Below are positions 8,148 through 16,509 of a stretch of DNA of 32,000 bases, in pieces. Both the position numbers and the translations under genes were made by a program. Source of the stretch: Candidatus Methylomirabilis limnetica (GTDB lineage: Bacteria; Methylomirabilota; Methylomirabilia; Methylomirabilales; Methylomirabilaceae); contig NZ_NVQC01000022.1 of the NCBI RefSeq assembly GCF_003044035.1, positions 90,001-122,000 of the forward strand, in the 5' to 3' direction. How positions within the stretch are numbered: the first letter of the stretch is position 1; each line of letters begins with the position of its first letter. The notes under the pieces are model-generated. The model had not been told where the DNA came from. It worked only from the letters and a program-made list of their open reading frames with translations, and did not search any database.

Positions 8148-9080
8148 ATGATGTCTGCTGAGCATCCGCAGATCCGCAACTTCATCGTCTTTTCGCTGCT
8201 AGCCCATCTAATTTTTGCCGGCCTGCTCAGCGCAATGCAGCTTTTTGCCCGGCTACCTGCGGATCGGCCGCTCCAGGTCCGGATTCTCAATCGATCTGTT
8301 CGGACGCGGGTCCCGCCTACGCGTAACCACATGATTCCGGAGAAGTCCGCTGCGCGTACGCAACGGTCTGCGAAAAAGGTGGGTCCGTTGAGAACGCCGA
8401 AACGTGTAAGTCGCCCGAGCGTAAAATCGGCCCCCCTCCCCACAGCAAGCTTGGCTCATCCACCCGCATCGGCGGCGATAGCGAGATCCGACGCCCCTTC
8501 TGCTCATCGTGCCGCGCTCACCCCTTGGGTGCCGACCCCGCTGCAGTCGTCGCCTGGGCTAGCCGTCTCCCCAAGCCCGAAGGTGGCTCAAGTAGAGCCG
8601 CTTGAGGGCGAGAGTGTCGGTGGATCGACCCACCCATCCGATCTCCGGGGTCAACTAGCCATGCTTTGGAAAAGCCTCGATGCCAAGCAGTACCCTGACC
8701 AGGCGGCTGATACGATGGAGGAAGGCGATGCCGATTCTACTACTGGGCCAACCGTCTCATTGGACAGCCAGGATTCCCGGTTTGCGCCCTATCTGCTTGG
8801 GGTAAAAAAGCGAATCGAGGGTGTGTGGGGTTACCCTCCGGGGGCGCGAGGCCTGACCGGAAATCTCGTGGTGACCTTTGGGATCACCCGCGATGGCCAC
8901 TTGAGCGACTTGCAGCTCACGCAGACTTCTGGTATCGCCCCACTGGATAACGAGGCGATTCGGGCAATACGACAAGCCACCCCCTTCAGCCCCTTCCCTG
9001 AGCGGATGCACTTTGAACGGCTGAATATCCGAGCGGCCTTTTACTACCATGTCAGCCGTGGAGGCCTTGGGGATCGATGA
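8148..9080 (+). CDS. tonB: TonB-family energy transducer
   Basis: One N-terminal TM helix (IRNFIVFSLLAHLIFAGLLSAM) and a long Pro/Ser/Ala-rich linker. The C-terminal TonB_C-like block is GYPPGARGLTGNLVVTFGITRDGHLSDLQLTQTSGIAPLDNEAIRAIRQATPFSPFP. The start could also be the GTG at 8112. Confidence 0.75.
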   Translation: MMSAEHPQIRNFIVFSLLAHLIFAGLLSAMQLFARLPADRPLQVRILNRSVRTRVPPTRNHMIPEKSAARTQRSAKKVGPLRTPKRVSRPSVKSAPLPTASLAHPPASAAIARSDAPSAHRAALTPWVPTPLQSSPGLAVSPSPKVAQVEPLEGESVGGSTHPSDLRGQLAMLWKSLDAKQYPDQAADTMEEGDADSTTGPTVSLDSQDSRFAPYLLGVKKRIEGVWGYPPGARGLTGNLVVTFGITRDGHLSDLQLTQTSGIAPLDNEAIRAIRQATPFSPFPERMHFERLNIRAAFYYHVSRGGLGDR

Positions 9081-9192
9081 GCGTCACTATCCGGATACGT
9101 GTCGAAGCGCCTGCCGTTACGTGGAATTAGGCTCTTGCGGAGAGACGGCAGAAGGTTTTGACGGCTCACAGGGTCCGTGGTATAAACAAGAT

Positions 9193-10281
9193 ATGGCAAG
9201 CTGGCTGAACCCGGAAGAGGACGCCCTCTTTTTTCTTGAACGGGAGATGGCGGGTGTCTTTGCGATCACTGAGTCGCACCTGCTTGACGGGACGATTCGT
9301 TTCAAAGGAACATTGCTGGTCGATCCCGATAAGGCTGTAGCTGAGCTGACGGAACGACTTGTCCCCCACGGCTACTACCCGCTGCTTCAAAGCGAGGAAG
9401 ACCTGACGATCCTCCGGGTAATGCCCTCAAAACGTCAGTTTCGTTCAGGCCCGTGGCTGAACATCCTGCTCCTGCTGGCTACCCTCGTCACCACTGTGTT
9501 CGTGGGTGCCACCAACCGCGGCGCCCATCCCTTGACGAATCCTTGGTCGGTGGTGCAAGGACTTCCCTTCGCAATCACGCTCCTTTCAATCCTTGGTGTC
9601 CATGAGCTCGGACACTACTTTACCGCTCGACGGTATGGCATCACTGTCACGCTCCCCTATTTTATCCCTGCCCCGGTTGGGCTCGGGACCTTCGGGGCGT
9701 TCATCAGGATGAAGTCGCCGGTTACTGATCGCAGGGCGCTCTTCGACGTCGGAATCGCAGGACCGCTTGCAGGGCTTTGCGTGGCACTCCCTGCCATCGT
9801 CGTGGGACTGCGCTGGTCGGAACTGATACTCACAGACTCAGCGGGACATGTTGGCATCGCCCTTGGGATACCGCTCATGTTTTCGCTCCTGCAGTGGTTG
9901 ACGCTGGGACCGATACCCCAAGGAGGCGACGTACTGTTGCACCCGGTGGCTTTCGCCGGCTGGATCGGTCTGCTCGTGACAGCGCTGAATCTGCTCCCGA
10001 TCGGTCAACTGGATGGTGGCCACATCGCGTATGCGCTGGTAGGTAAGCATCACCGGAAGGTGGCAATCTTCGCCCTGATCGTGCTGGTCGGCATGGGGAC
10101 CCTGTACTGGCCAGGGTGGCTGTTCTGGGCATCCCTCTCCCTGATTCTGGGCCTGAAGCATCCTCCTCCCCTGAACGATGTGACCCCGCTGGATAAACGC
10201 AGAAGGCTGGTGGGCTTCGCATCGCTACTACTTTTGCTAAGCGTGATCACGCCCTCCCCCTTCAATTTCTCGGAGCCATAA
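9193..10281 (+). CDS. Site-2 protease family (M50) membrane metalloprotease
   Basis: HELGHY zinc motif and NLLPIGQLDGGH second motif in a polytopic protein. The ATG at 9193 avoids the 32-nt overlap with tonB that the 9049 start would create. Confidence 0.8.
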   Translation: MASWLNPEEDALFFLEREMAGVFAITESHLLDGTIRFKGTLLVDPDKAVAELTERLVPHGYYPLLQSEEDLTILRVMPSKRQFRSGPWLNILLLLATLVTTVFVGATNRGAHPLTNPWSVVQGLPFAITLLSILGVHELGHYFTARRYGITVTLPYFIPAPVGLGTFGAFIRMKSPVTDRRALFDVGIAGPLAGLCVALPAIVVGLRWSELILTDSAGHVGIALGIPLMFSLLQWLTLGPIPQGGDVLLHPVAFAGWIGLLVTALNLLPIGQLDGGHIAYALVGKHHRKVAIFALIVLVGMGTLYWPGWLFWASLSLILGLKHPPPLNDVTPLDKRRRLVGFASLLLLLSVITPSPFNFSEP

Positions 10282-10289
10282 GTCCCTCG

Positions 10290-11090
10290 ATGAAGAGGAA
10301 GGAACGATACGGGATGTTCAAGCAGTTACTGTACCGTCTGTACGAAGGGCGGCTGTTTCAGGAAGTTCGAGGCGGAGAGCTGCCCCGGCACATCGGTCTG
10401 ATCCTTGATGGCAATCGGCGATACGCCAGAGAGTACGGGTATTCCACCATCCTTGAAGGACACCGGATGGGAGCGGAGAAGCTGGAAGAGGTCCTGAACT
10501 GGTGCGAAGAGCTTGAGATCAGGATGGTGACCGTGTGGATCTTTTCCACTGAAAACGTATCCCGAAGCCAAGAGGAGGTGGACGACCTCCTGGCGCTGAT
10601 CGAGAAGAAGATGCGCGACATTGCCAGGGATCCCAAGGTGCACCGAAAGCGGATGCGGATCAGAGCTATCGGCAAGATGGAACTTCTCCCCCCGTCCACG
10701 GTGAAGGCGATTCACGAGGCTGAGGAGGCGACGCGGGACTACGATGCCTTTTACCTGAATGTCGCAGTGGGATATGGCGGGAGACAGGAGATCGCGGATG
10801 CCATCGCGGCCATGCTCAGGGACAAATCAGCGAAAAGTGTCCCACTGGAGAAGATCATCGATGATATTTCCATCGACGAGATTGGCAAGTATCTCTATAC
10901 ATACGATCTGCCAGATCCTGATCTCATCATCCGGACCAGCGGTGAAGTTCGGCTGAGCGGGTTCCTGCTCTGGCAGAGCGCATACAGCGAGTATTACTTT
11001 TGTGACGCCTACTGGCCGGTTTTCAGAAAGATCGACTTCTTTCGGGCCATTCGAAGCTTTCAGCAACGCGAGCGCCGATTTGGGGTATGA
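10290..11090 (+). CDS. uppS: Isoprenyl transferase (cis-prenyltransferase, UppS family)
   Basis: HIGLILDGNRRYA, FSTENVSRSQEEV, RTSGEVRLSGFLLWQSAYSEYYF and a C-terminal RERRFG are hallmark cis-IPPS blocks. The ATG at 10314 has a better purine-rich RBS and is an alternative start. Confidence 0.85.
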   Translation: MKRKERYGMFKQLLYRLYEGRLFQEVRGGELPRHIGLILDGNRRYAREYGYSTILEGHRMGAEKLEEVLNWCEELEIRMVTVWIFSTENVSRSQEEVDDLLALIEKKMRDIARDPKVHRKRMRIRAIGKMELLPPSTVKAIHEAEEATRDYDAFYLNVAVGYGGRQEIADAIAAMLRDKSAKSVPLEKIIDDISIDEIGKYLYTYDLPDPDLIIRTSGEVRLSGFLLWQSAYSEYYFCDAYWPVFRKIDFFRAIRSFQQRERRFGV

Positions 11091-11297
11091 AATGTAGGGG
11101 CGCTGCTTGCTGCGCCCATGTCTGGTGCGGAGTGCGAGGTGAGGAGTGAAGGGAAAGCGGCTTGCGAGAGAACCGGAACTGCGGAGGTAGGCGGTAACTT
11201 GTCTACCTTCCCTCGTCGTCGTTGTCAATCCGTGGGGTAGCCGCGCAATGCGCTTCGGAGACGGCAGGGCGGCTCCCCTAACCTATTGGAGGCACCA

Positions 11298-11696
11298 ATG
11301 AACATGACCTTGCGGGGTATTTTGCTTGCGCTTGTGATGTCGATGGCCCTCACCACCCAGGCCGTTGCCGGGGAACTGACCAGCTCCTCGCCGGGCCAGA
11401 AGGCTCTGAGAGGTGTCGCCAATCTGACCCTTGGTCTGTTTATCGAATGGCCGAAGACGATCTGCTATGAGGCGCGAGAACAAGGGCCCCTTCTTGGGAT
11501 CCCAGCCGGCTTCCTTGCTGGTTTTGGCCTCGGCTTGATGCGGACTGTCGTTGGAGCGTATGAACTAGCTACCTTCCCGATCTCGATCCCGGACGATTAT
11601 AGACCGATCTTGAGCCCACGCTATCCTTTTGAATCAGGACGGACGGTGGTATCACCCGCGCTCATCGCGCGCCCTCGGGTAGGCGATAGGCCCTAG
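11298..11696 (+). CDS. Small secreted protein resembling the exosortase system-associated TIGR04073 family
   Basis: Signal peptide MNMTLRGILLALVMSMALTTQAVA, then ALRGVANLTLGLFIEWPKTI and GLMRTVVGAYELATFPI, which I recognise as that family pattern. GGAGG RBS 5 nt before the ATG. The ORF track starts at a TTG at 11286. Confidence 0.6.
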   Translation: MNMTLRGILLALVMSMALTTQAVAGELTSSSPGQKALRGVANLTLGLFIEWPKTICYEAREQGPLLGIPAGFLAGFGLGLMRTVVGAYELATFPISIPDDYRPILSPRYPFESGRTVVSPALIARPRVGDRP

Positions 11697-11731
11697 CCAC
11701 GATGTCGCCGAGCGTCCCCAGTAAACTTCGT

Positions 11732-12136
11732 TCACTGGCCTGAGCTCTTTGCCAGTGTTAGTGCGACTGAATTGATACAGTAACGGAGGTGTGTCGGCGG
11801 TGGTCCGTCAGCAAAGACGTGGCCCAGGTGCGCGTCGCACCGGCTGCACCGCACCTCGGTACGCCGTATCAACAGATCGGCATCCTCCACAGTCTCGATC
11901 TGCTCAGGAGCCAGAGGCGCCCAAAAACTAGGCCACCCGGTCCCCGAGTCGAACTTGGTCTCGGAGCCAAACAATTCATTACCGCAGCTGACGCAACGGT
12001 AGATCCCGTCTACTTTGCAGTCGGAGTATTCACCAGAAAACGGTCTTTCAGTCCCCTTCTGCCGACAGACGTAAAACTGCTCCGGCGTGAGCCGCTGTTT
12101 CCATTGCTCATCTGACCTGATCAGCTTATCGGTCAT
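11732..12136 (-). CDS. msrB: Peptide-methionine (R)-S-oxide reductase
   Basis: 134 aa with two CxxC pairs (CVSCGNELF, CSRCDAHLGHVF) and the catalytic RYCINS motif. Confidence 0.92.
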   Translation of the reverse strand: MTDKLIRSDEQWKQRLTPEQFYVCRQKGTERPFSGEYSDCKVDGIYRCVSCGNELFGSETKFDSGTGWPSFWAPLAPEQIETVEDADLLIRRTEVRCSRCDAHLGHVFADGPPPTHLRYCINSVALTLAKSSGQ

Positions 12137-12308
12137 GACAGATCCTCACTTGCTCAGTCTTTTGAAAATCTTCTTGCGAAGAGCTGTGCAGGAAGGCTAC
12201 GTTAAGGAGAATTCGGCGGCCAGACACGAGAGATCGATAGGTTGCGGAGAGAAGGAGTAAAAGACGAAAAACCCAGCTAATCCGAGGTCTGCAACTCCGT
12301 AAGTCTAG

Positions 12309-12395
12309 TGGTGCCGAAGCGGGGACTCGAACCCCGATGAGCATACGCCCACTGCGCCCTGAACGCAGCGCGTCTACCAGTTCCGCCACTTCGGC
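12309..12395 (-). tRNA. tRNA-Leu (anticodon CAG)
   Basis: The reverse complement reads GCCGAAGTGGCGGAACTGGTAGACGCGCTGCGTTCAGGGCGCAGTGGGCGTATGCTCATCGGGGTTCGAGTCCCCGCTTCGGCACCA. It has a 7-bp acceptor stem, a long variable arm, a CAG anticodon loop (TTCAGGG), a GGTTCGAGTCC T-arm and encoded CCA. Confidence 0.93.
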
Positions 12396-12477
12396 ACGGT
12401 ATGTAGTAAGCTGCTTACGCTCACTACTTGTAGATGGTCAACGCTGAAAAGTCAACGGAAAAGCACAAGAAGAACCT

Positions 12478-12876
12478 ATGGATTACGAAGACGATCATAT
12501 GTGTTTTGTCTGCGGCAAGCAGAATGGAGCCGGTCTGCAACTCGAATTCGAACTGATCGGTGATGATCGCATTCGGACCGAGTTTACCCCACCGAAGCGG
12601 TTTCAGGGCTGGAAGGACGTCTTGCATGGGGGTATTATTGCGACCATTCTCGATGAGGTGATGGTCAACGGCGCCTACTTGCGACAGATCATGGCCGTCA
12701 CCACCAAGCTCCAGATTACGCTTAGGCGCCCAGCCGCTATCGGAGAGCGGTTGATTTTCTACGGGCAGATTCTGAATCATGGCGCCAGGACTGTCAACAT
12801 GAAGGCCTGGGCCGAGGGGGAGGATGGGAGGGTCGTTGCCGAGGCCACCGGCCTCCTGATGAAGATCCGAGGGTAA
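12478..12876 (+). CDS. Hotdog-fold acyl-CoA thioesterase (PaaI-like)
   Basis: 132 aa. The N-terminal CFVCGKQNGAGLQLEF and HGGIIATILDEVM blocks are typical of PaaI/4HBT-type hotdog thioesterases. Confidence 0.7.
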   Translation: MDYEDDHMCFVCGKQNGAGLQLEFELIGDDRIRTEFTPPKRFQGWKDVLHGGIIATILDEVMVNGAYLRQIMAVTTKLQITLRRPAAIGERLIFYGQILNHGARTVNMKAWAEGEDGRVVAEATGLLMKIRG

Positions 12877-12877
12877 G

Positions 12878-13705
12878 ATGGGGGATCAGGCACGGCGGGT
12901 CGTCACGTTGCTGACGGATTTCGGGTTGAGCGATCCGTTCGTCGGTATAATGAAAGGGGTAATTCTCGGCATCAACCCCCATGCGGTGATCGTCGATCTG
13001 TGCCATGGTGGCAAGGCCTACGAGCCCTCCGAGGCGGCGTTTGCTCTCATTACGGCGTACCGCTACTTCCCTCAAGGCACGATCCACGTCGCGGTGATTG
13101 ATCCGGGGGTCGGCGGGCCTCGCCGCCCAATCCTGGTTACCTGCGACGACCATCTGTTCATTGGTCCGGACAACGGACTTCTGGCCCCGCTCGCAGAGAA
13201 GGCCGGATCGTCGGGCGTCAGAGCCATCACTGCTACCCGGTATTTCCTCCATCCGGTCAGCGCCACCTTTCACGGCCGCGACGTCTTTGCGCCGGTGGCA
13301 GGCCACCTGTCGCTCGGGGCCAAGCCTGCCGAGTTTGGAGTACCAATAGATGACTATGTCCGCTTGGCGCTCCCCCGCGCGACGCTATCCGGAACCTCGT
13401 TGATCAAGGGGGAAATACTCCATATTGATCGGTTCGGTAACCTGGTGACGAACGTTACCCGTACCGACCTGGAACATTTGGCGGCCGGAGATTTCCCGAT
13501 GACATTCTTCGTTCGTATTGCCGGACAGGAGGTTCCGGTTGTTGCCTATTACGGCCAGGTCGCCCCTGCCGCACCTGGCGCCGTCATTGGAAGTACGGAC
13601 TATCTGGAGATTTTCGTGAATCATGGGGATGCGTCCCGGCTCCTCGGCGCAGGACGAGGATCTGGGGTCGTAGTCGGCATGAAGGATGCCGGCGATCGGG
13701 GGTGA
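12878..13705 (+). CDS. SAM hydrolase / SAM-dependent halogenase family protein (DUF62, S-adenosyl-L-methionine hydroxide adenosyltransferase-like)
   Basis: 275 aa. The N-terminal VVTLLTDFGLSDPFVGIMKGVIL, VIDPGVGG, DNGLL, FHGRDVFAPVAG and IDRFGNLVTN blocks match this family. Confidence 0.8.
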   Translation: MGDQARRVVTLLTDFGLSDPFVGIMKGVILGINPHAVIVDLCHGGKAYEPSEAAFALITAYRYFPQGTIHVAVIDPGVGGPRRPILVTCDDHLFIGPDNGLLAPLAEKAGSSGVRAITATRYFLHPVSATFHGRDVFAPVAGHLSLGAKPAEFGVPIDDYVRLALPRATLSGTSLIKGEILHIDRFGNLVTNVTRTDLEHLAAGDFPMTFFVRIAGQEVPVVAYYGQVAPAAPGAVIGSTDYLEIFVNHGDASRLLGAGRGSGVVVGMKDAGDRG

Positions 13706-13876
13706 ATCCCCCGCTTGATCCTTCCCCAACGCCTCCCTTGCTAACGTTGTCCTGGTCTTCCGGCCGCTTCCCTGTCTTTGACAATCCGTAAAATACTGTG
13801 TTAGGCTCTAGCAACATAGCAGCCCGGCTTGTTCATAACGCACGTGGATGCTGGATTAACGCGCAGGTGAGACACG

Positions 13877-14737
13877 GTGGCGAAAAGATCGTTCGCGCAT
13901 TTTTACAAAGGGGTCTCCGACGACGCTCTAGGCGCCTATCTGAAGCGGATTGCCCAGGTTCCACTCCTGAAGAAAGAGGATGAGCTTCTCCTGGGAAAGG
14001 CGGCTCAACGTGGGGATGAGGGGGCCTTGAATCAACTGGTGGAGGCCAACCTCCGTTTCGTGGTCAAGGTAGCCCTCCGCTATCGCGGGTGCGGTCTGTC
14101 GCTATCAGACCTGATCAACGAAGGCAATATCGGCATGCTCGAAGCCGCGCGCCGCTACTCCCCGGAGTATAACGTTAAGTTTATTACCTATGCAGTCTGG
14201 TGGATCCGGCAAGCGATCATGCAGGCCTTGGCCGCAGGCGGAGGGGCTGTGAGACTTCCGCTCCGTAAGGCTCGCCTCGCATCGCAACTGAACGACATCC
14301 GCGCCGATCTCTCCCAGCAGTTGCAAGCTGAGCCGACCGACTCGGAGGTGACGGAGGAATTAGACCTTAGCGCGAGCGACCTGGAGGGGGCATTGCACCG
14401 GGCTGGTCAACTGGCTTTTTTCAGCGATGAAATCAGCCTTGAACAACGGATTGGCATGGAGTTATACGCATCGAAGCAGATCCCTCCTGTTGACTACGAA
14501 CTGATCCGGAGGTCGTTCCGTGAAGAGGTGGAGCGAATGCTTGGCAACCTCACATCCAGAGAGCGACTCATTGTGGAGCTGCGCTTCGGTTTGGGGAAGG
14601 AAGATGCGATGACCCTCAAAGAGGTTGGCAAGCGACTTACGCTCTCGCGGGAGCGGATCCGACAGATCGAGGAGCATGCCAAGCAGAAACTGCGTGTCAT
14701 GGCCAAAACCAGGCATCTGAGAGATTACTTAAATTAG
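13877..14737 (+). CDS. RNA polymerase sigma factor, sigma-70 family (regions 1.2-4, no region 1.1)
   Basis: GTG start. Seen are YLKRIAQVPLLKKEDE (region 1.2), NLRFVVKVALRY / DLINEGNIGMLEAARRY / FITYAVWWIRQAI (region 2) and LTLKEVGKRLTLSRERIRQIE (region 4.2). Confidence 0.85.
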   Translation: MAKRSFAHFYKGVSDDALGAYLKRIAQVPLLKKEDELLLGKAAQRGDEGALNQLVEANLRFVVKVALRYRGCGLSLSDLINEGNIGMLEAARRYSPEYNVKFITYAVWWIRQAIMQALAAGGGAVRLPLRKARLASQLNDIRADLSQQLQAEPTDSEVTEELDLSASDLEGALHRAGQLAFFSDEISLEQRIGMELYASKQIPPVDYELIRRSFREEVERMLGNLTSRERLIVELRFGLGKEDAMTLKEVGKRLTLSRERIRQIEEHAKQKLRVMAKTRHLRDYLN

Positions 14738-14973
14738 ATCTCCTCATCTACCGAACAACCCACCGTCACAAGAAGGGTGGGATGTTTCGCTTGAAAATAG
14801 ATGCGGTTGGATCGATAAGCCCTGACCTTTTACCGGAGATCGGGGCTTTTGTTTTTACCCGGTGTGGCCTGCAGCTCTTTACCCGGCAGTCGCGTAATGA
14901 GAAATTGTGAAGCCCAACATGGTTACTTCACCCTTGTCTAGATCTTCAGTCTGATTGTTTCAGGGGATGCACA

Positions 14974-15636
14974 ATGGACGACCAATATGAAAGCGCGGAG
15001 GCAGCGCGATGGCGGATGGTAGAGCAGCAGCTCAGGGCCAGAGATATCGTCGATGAGCGGGTCCTCACGGCGATGGGGAGGGTCCCACGCCACCTGTTCG
15101 TAGAGCCGGCCATGGAATGTTTCGCCTACGAAGACCGTCCTCTCTCTATCGGTGCCGGACAGACCATTTCCCAGCCCTATATTGTTGCGCTAATGATCCA
15201 ACTCCTCCGGGTGCAACCGTCGCATCGGGTCCTTGAGATTGGGACCGGTTCGGGCTATCAGGCCGCTATCCTGGCCGAACTGGCGGCCGAGGTCTATACC
15301 GTCGAGATCATCCCATCGCTAGCGGAAGGAGCCTGCGCCCACCTGGAGGCTCTCGGATACCGCAATGTGCACGTCAGACATGGGGACGGATATGAAGGAT
15401 GGCCCGAGTTTGCTCCCTTTGACGGGATCGTGGTCGCTGCCGGCGCTCCGCGGATCCCGTTACCGCTGATCGAGCAGCTACGCGAGGGGGGGCGAATAGC
15501 GATCCCGGTAGGGAGTGCGAGGGAAACGCAGGATCTGATCCTCGGAGAGAAGCGTGGCGGGCAATTCATGGTCCGCTCGATTGCACCCGTACGCTTCGTG
15601 CCGTTGACTGGAAAGGGAGGCGCCGAGGACTGGTGA
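14974..15636 (+). CDS. pcm: Protein-L-isoaspartate O-methyltransferase
   Basis: 220 aa with GAGQTISQPYIVALM and the SAM-binding VLEIGTGSGYQAAILA. Confidence 0.9.
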   Translation: MDDQYESAEAARWRMVEQQLRARDIVDERVLTAMGRVPRHLFVEPAMECFAYEDRPLSIGAGQTISQPYIVALMIQLLRVQPSHRVLEIGTGSGYQAAILAELAAEVYTVEIIPSLAEGACAHLEALGYRNVHVRHGDGYEGWPEFAPFDGIVVAAGAPRIPLPLIEQLREGGRIAIPVGSARETQDLILGEKRGGQFMVRSIAPVRFVPLTGKGGAEDW

Positions 15637-15638
15637 TA

Positions 15639-15813
15639 GTTCAAGGTTCAAGGTTCGGAGTTCAAGGTTCAAAGTTCAAAGTTCATCGTGTTTGCAGATT
15701 CAGATCTCCTACGCCTGGCATAGTAAGTAGAACGCAATCGTATTTTCTCTATGAACCTCGAGCTCCGAACCTTGAACCTTGAACCATGAACCTTGAACCA
15801 TGAACCTTGAACT
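15639..15813. repeat. Inverted arrays of tandem heptamers (GTTCAAG-type) filling the pcm-rhomboid intergenic region
   Basis: The left array has 7 units at 15639..15687: GTTCAAG x2, GTTCGGA, GTTCAAG, GTTCAAA x2, GTTCATC. A 63-nt unique spacer follows. The right array has 9 complementary units at 15751..15813: ATGAACC TCGAGCT CCGAACC TTGAACC TTGAACC ATGAACC TTGAACC ATGAACC TTGAACT. It starts 3 nt after the pcm stop and ends 3 nt before the rhomboid ATG. Confidence 0.9.
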
Positions 15814-15816
15814 ACT

Positions 15817-16509
15817 ATGATCCCACTCAGGGATAACATCCCCTCCCGTCGCACCCCCGTTGTTACGGTTGGGCTCATCGTCGCGAACATCCTTGTCTAC
15901 GTGAGCCAGTTGATGTTGCCGCCACAGGAGGCGGTACAGTTTATCCACCTGTATGGTCTCATCCCACTGGAGATCAGCGGTGGCGATCTGCTGGTGCCGC
16001 ACCCCGTTCCGCTCTACGCCACCGTCTTCACCTCAATGTTCGTACATGGGGGCCTGTTCCACCTTGGCGGCAACATGCTCTACCTCTGGATCTTCGGCGA
16101 TAACGTAGAAGATAGGATTGGACGGCGAAAGTTTCTGGTCTTTTATTTGCTCTCCGGACTGGCGGCAGCGGCTACCCAAATCTGGACTGATCCCGCTTCA
16201 AAGATCCCAATGGTCGGGGCCAGCGGGGCGATCTCCGGCGTGCTGGGAGCCTATCTCTTCCTTTTTCCCCATGCCCGTGTCCTCACCCTTATACCGCTCG
16301 GCTTTTTCTACCGGCTCGTCGAAGTCCCGGCATTGATTGTTCTGGGGTTCTGGATCATCGTCCAGGTACTGAACGGCGTGGGAACACTGGGCGTTCAGGT
16401 GGGGGGCGTCGCCTGGTTCGCCCACATCGGGGGGTTCGTCGCAGGCCTCGGTATGGTAGTGCTGTTGTCAGGCGGTCGCAAGTGGCTTCACTGGAGGAAT
16501 CGGCTATGA
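15817..16509 (+). CDS. Rhomboid family intramembrane serine protease
   Basis: Polytopic 230-aa protein with HGGLFHLGGNMLYLWIFG, catalytic GASGAISGVLGAY and the catalytic His in FAHIGGF. Confidence 0.88.
   Translation: MIPLRDNIPSRRTPVVTVGLIVANILVYVSQLMLPPQEAVQFIHLYGLIPLEISGGDLLVPHPVPLYATVFTSMFVHGGLFHLGGNMLYLWIFGDNVEDRIGRRKFLVFYLLSGLAAAATQIWTDPASKIPMVGASGAISGVLGAYLFLFPHARVLTLIPLGFFYRLVEVPALIVLGFWIIVQVLNGVGTLGVQVGGVAWFAHIGGFVAGLGMVVLLSGGRKWLHWRNRL

Noticed and set aside
9049-9192. Upstream extension of the M50 protease ORF to the ATG at 9049
   Set aside because: It would overlap tonB by 32 nt, and the extra 48 residues are Cys/Arg-rich with no resemblance to M50 N-termini. The ATG at 9193 is preferred, though this was not tested.
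12126-12389. 87-aa minus-strand ORF
   Set aside because: Its N-terminal part is the translation of the tRNA-Leu(CAG) gene itself, so it is spurious.
15639-15813. Possible CRISPR array, because of the many short repeats
   Set aside because: The units are 7 nt, directly abutting with no spacers, and arranged as two inverted blocks. No cas genes are present. This is a tandem-repeat hairpin, not CRISPR.
15669-16002. Minus-strand ORFs (73 and 97 aa) containing FKVQGSWFKV-type repeats
   Set aside because: The periodic peptide is the translation of the heptamer arrays. The ORFs overlap the rhomboid gene start and lack an RBS.
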